DNA of 6,538 bases. Origin: Candidatus Iainarchaeum sp. (lineage in GTDB: Archaea; Iainarchaeota; Iainarchaeia; Iainarchaeales; DTGL01). The stretch lies in contig JAVYME010000045.1 of the NCBI GenBank assembly GCA_038736825.1, positions 1-6,538 on the forward strand, in the 5' to 3' direction. The stretch's first letter is position 1, and each line of letters begins with the position of its first letter. A program made the position numbers and the translations under genes. Below are positions 5,479-6,538 of the stretch, one piece after another. The notes beneath the pieces were generated by a model. It worked only from the letters and a program-made list of their open reading frames with translations, searched no databases and was not told the DNA's origin.

Positions 5479-6126
5479 TCAATCAGCTCCGAGTTCTTTC
5501 AAAATCGCTTTTGCGGAATCCTTTGCCTCCCTGTTTGCATTCACTTCAAACAATAGTTTTTTTTTCTTGTAATGCTCTATCAGTGAAGCGGTTTTTTCTT
5601 GGTATTCCTTTAATCGTTTCCTTATAACCTCTGGCTTGTCATCATCCCTGATGAAAAGAGGCCCTCCGCACTTGTCGCAAACCCCTTCCTTTTTTGGCTT
5701 CATTCCAACAACATTGTAGATTGCATTGCAGTTCTTGCACTGCCTTCTTCCCCCAAGCCTTTGCAGTACGGTTTTTTCTGAAACATTCAAGTAAATTACT
5801 TTTTTCAGGGAGCGATTGAATTCTGGAAGGATTTTTTCAAGGGATTCAGCTTGCACTAGAGTGCGTGGATAGCCATCCAAAGCCAGTCCCTTTGATTCAG
5901 GAATTTTTGCAATTGCCTCCCTTAAAAGCCCTTCCACGACATCATCGCCCACCAGTTTTCCCTCAAGCATTAATTTTTCCACTTGCACTCTAAAAACAGG
6001 GTCTTCTTTCACTTTTGCCCTAATCAAATCGCCAGTGGAAACCTGTTCGAGTGGAATTTTTTGCGAAACAAAACCGATAATTGTGCCCTTGCCTGCACCA
6101 GGCGCTCCCAAAAAAACCAATGCCAT
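5479..6126 (-). CDS. adk: Adenylate kinase, long form with Cys4 zinc LID
   Basis: MALVFLGAPGAGKGT is the P-loop. Other blocks are VSTGDLIR, LDGYPRT, the LID CKNCNAIYN...CDKCGGPLFIRDDD (C-x2-C...C-x2-C) and RLKEYQEKTASLIEHY. The ORF track starts at TTG 6153. I prefer ATG 6126..6124, which gives the canonical N-terminus and 215 aa. Stop is TGA 5481..5479. Confidence 0.9.
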   Translation of the reverse strand: MALVFLGAPGAGKGTIIGFVSQKIPLEQVSTGDLIRAKVKEDPVFRVQVEKLMLEGKLVGDDVVEGLLREAIAKIPESKGLALDGYPRTLVQAESLEKILPEFNRSLKKVIYLNVSEKTVLQRLGGRRQCKNCNAIYNVVGMKPKKEGVCDKCGGPLFIRDDDKPEVIRKRLKEYQEKTASLIEHYKKKKLLFEVNANREAKDSAKAILKELGAD

Positions 6127-6228
6127 TCCTTTTCCCACAAAACACCCCTCCAAAGCAATTTTGCCATAAAAGAAAAATAAAACAAACCCTGAAAGAGATT
6201 AAAATATCTTCGCTTGAAGGTTATTAGA
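6127..6228. promoter_or_regulatory. Divergent intergenic region between adk (-) and the partial HTH gene (+)
   Basis: AT-rich. On the minus strand, TTTTATTTT (plus 6175..6183) lies about 50 nt upstream of adk ATG 6126. On the plus strand, TTAAAATAT lies at about 6199..6207. SD-like GAAGGT (6216..6221) lies 7 nt before ATG 6229. Confidence 0.35.
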
Positions 6229-6538
6229 ATGCCGAGCGCAAGAAAAAGAATCACTGCACCTAAAACCAGCAAAAACCAGTCTCCACTAATGCGAAGCTTG
6301 AACCATGCATACAATGTAAACGAAGCATTTGACATGAAAAGGCAGGGAAAAAGCCTTAAAGAAATTGCAAAAAAGTTTGGTGTAAAGCCTGAAACAGTGC
6401 GCACATGGTTTCAAACCATAAAGCCCTCTTTAAGCAACAGCAGTGTAGCAAAAACTGAAAAACCGCCAAACATACAGTCGCCTGACCTGGTTTCAGCCAT
6501 GGAAAAACAAAAATGGACGCAAAAAAGAGAAAGGGCTA
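6229..6538 (+). CDS. Partial CDS (first 103 codons, runs off right edge): helix-turn-helix DNA-binding protein
   Basis: Absent from the ORF track because there is no stop in the window. My translation reads MPSARKRITAPKTSKNQSPLMRSLNHAYNVNEAFDMKRQGKSLKEIAKKFGVKPETVRTWFQTIKPSLSNSSVAKTEKPPNIQSPDLVSAMEKQKWTQKRERA, with no stop to 6538. SLKEIAKKFGVKPETVRTW (about 6352..6408) is a classic HTH pattern: x-S-x2-EIA-x2-h-G-V-x3-TV-x2-W. GAAGGT SD lies 7 nt upstream of the ATG. Confidence 0.6.
   Translation, partial: MPSARKRITAPKTSKNQSPLMRSLNHAYNVNEAFDMKRQGKSLKEIAKKFGVKPETVRTWFQTIKPSLSNSSVAKTEKPPNIQSPDLVSAMEKQKWTQKRERA

Noticed and set aside
5476-5481. Possibility that TGA is a sense codon (genetic code 4 or 25), which would make adk plus the kinase a single gene.
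   Set aside because: TGA terminates at least four other genes at family-appropriate C-termini (flavoreductase 2600, orf296 879, KaiC-like 5003, kinase 5017). None of the recognisable proteins needs an internal TGA. The standard code 11 fits.
6024-6404. 126-aa minus-strand ORF with a hydrophobic, TM-like segment (WFLLVLGAVILFLALGILITF).
   Set aside because: It overlaps the adk N-terminus out of frame. It is also antisense to the plus-strand ORF, which has a clear HTH motif and an SD. The hydrophobic stretch is the antisense reading of a Lys/Glu-rich sense strand.
1-6538. Search for tRNA/rRNA/ncRNA genes, CRISPR repeats, long direct or inverted repeats, and IS termini.
   Set aside because: No intergenic gap exceeds about 150 nt, and the gaps are AT-rich without GC-rich stems. 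I saw no repeat-spacer periodicity or long repeats by eye. This is not an exhaustive computational scan.

Overview
Visibly AT-rich, very gene-dense window (roughly 90% coding by eye). It holds 8 complete and 2 edge-truncated protein genes. I found no rRNA/tRNA, no CRISPR array and no clear mobile element. On the minus strand, reading right to left, a Zn-lid adenylate kinase directly abuts a small P-loop (AAA_33-like) kinase. That pair converges on a plus-strand single-domain KaiC/RadA-superfamily ATPase. Next comes a tightly packed minus-strand string: scpA, an FNR-like flavoreductase, an endonuclease IV-family TIM barrel, a 296-aa orphan with a very basic N-terminus, scpB, then a partial gene for a signal-peptide protein running off the left edge. 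A partial helix-turn-helix protein gene opens at the right edge on the plus strand. Both edge genes are missing from the supplied ORF track because they have no stop in the window. A small-genome archaeon (DPANN-like) is my inference only, based on four things: the single-domain KaiC-like ATPase, oligo-T tracts after stops, AT-rich TATA-like boxes combined with GGTG/GAAGGT Shine-Dalgarno-like motifs, and frequent TTG/GTG starts. The best candidate for something undescribed is the three-gene block that splits the normally adjacent scpA/scpB pair, especially the family-less 296-aa basic protein coupled 3 nt downstream of the endonuclease IV gene. Secondary oddities are listed here. (1) Adenylate kinase and a second kinase share a frame and are separated by a single TGA. 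(2) The KaiC-like ATPase has the second catalytic Glu replaced by Thr. (3) The divergent scpA/KaiC-like intergenic region carries mirror-image promoter-like elements. (4) A perfect 10-bp hairpin plus T7 contains both stop codons of a convergent gene pair. All family assignments are by-eye motif recognition; no searches were run.
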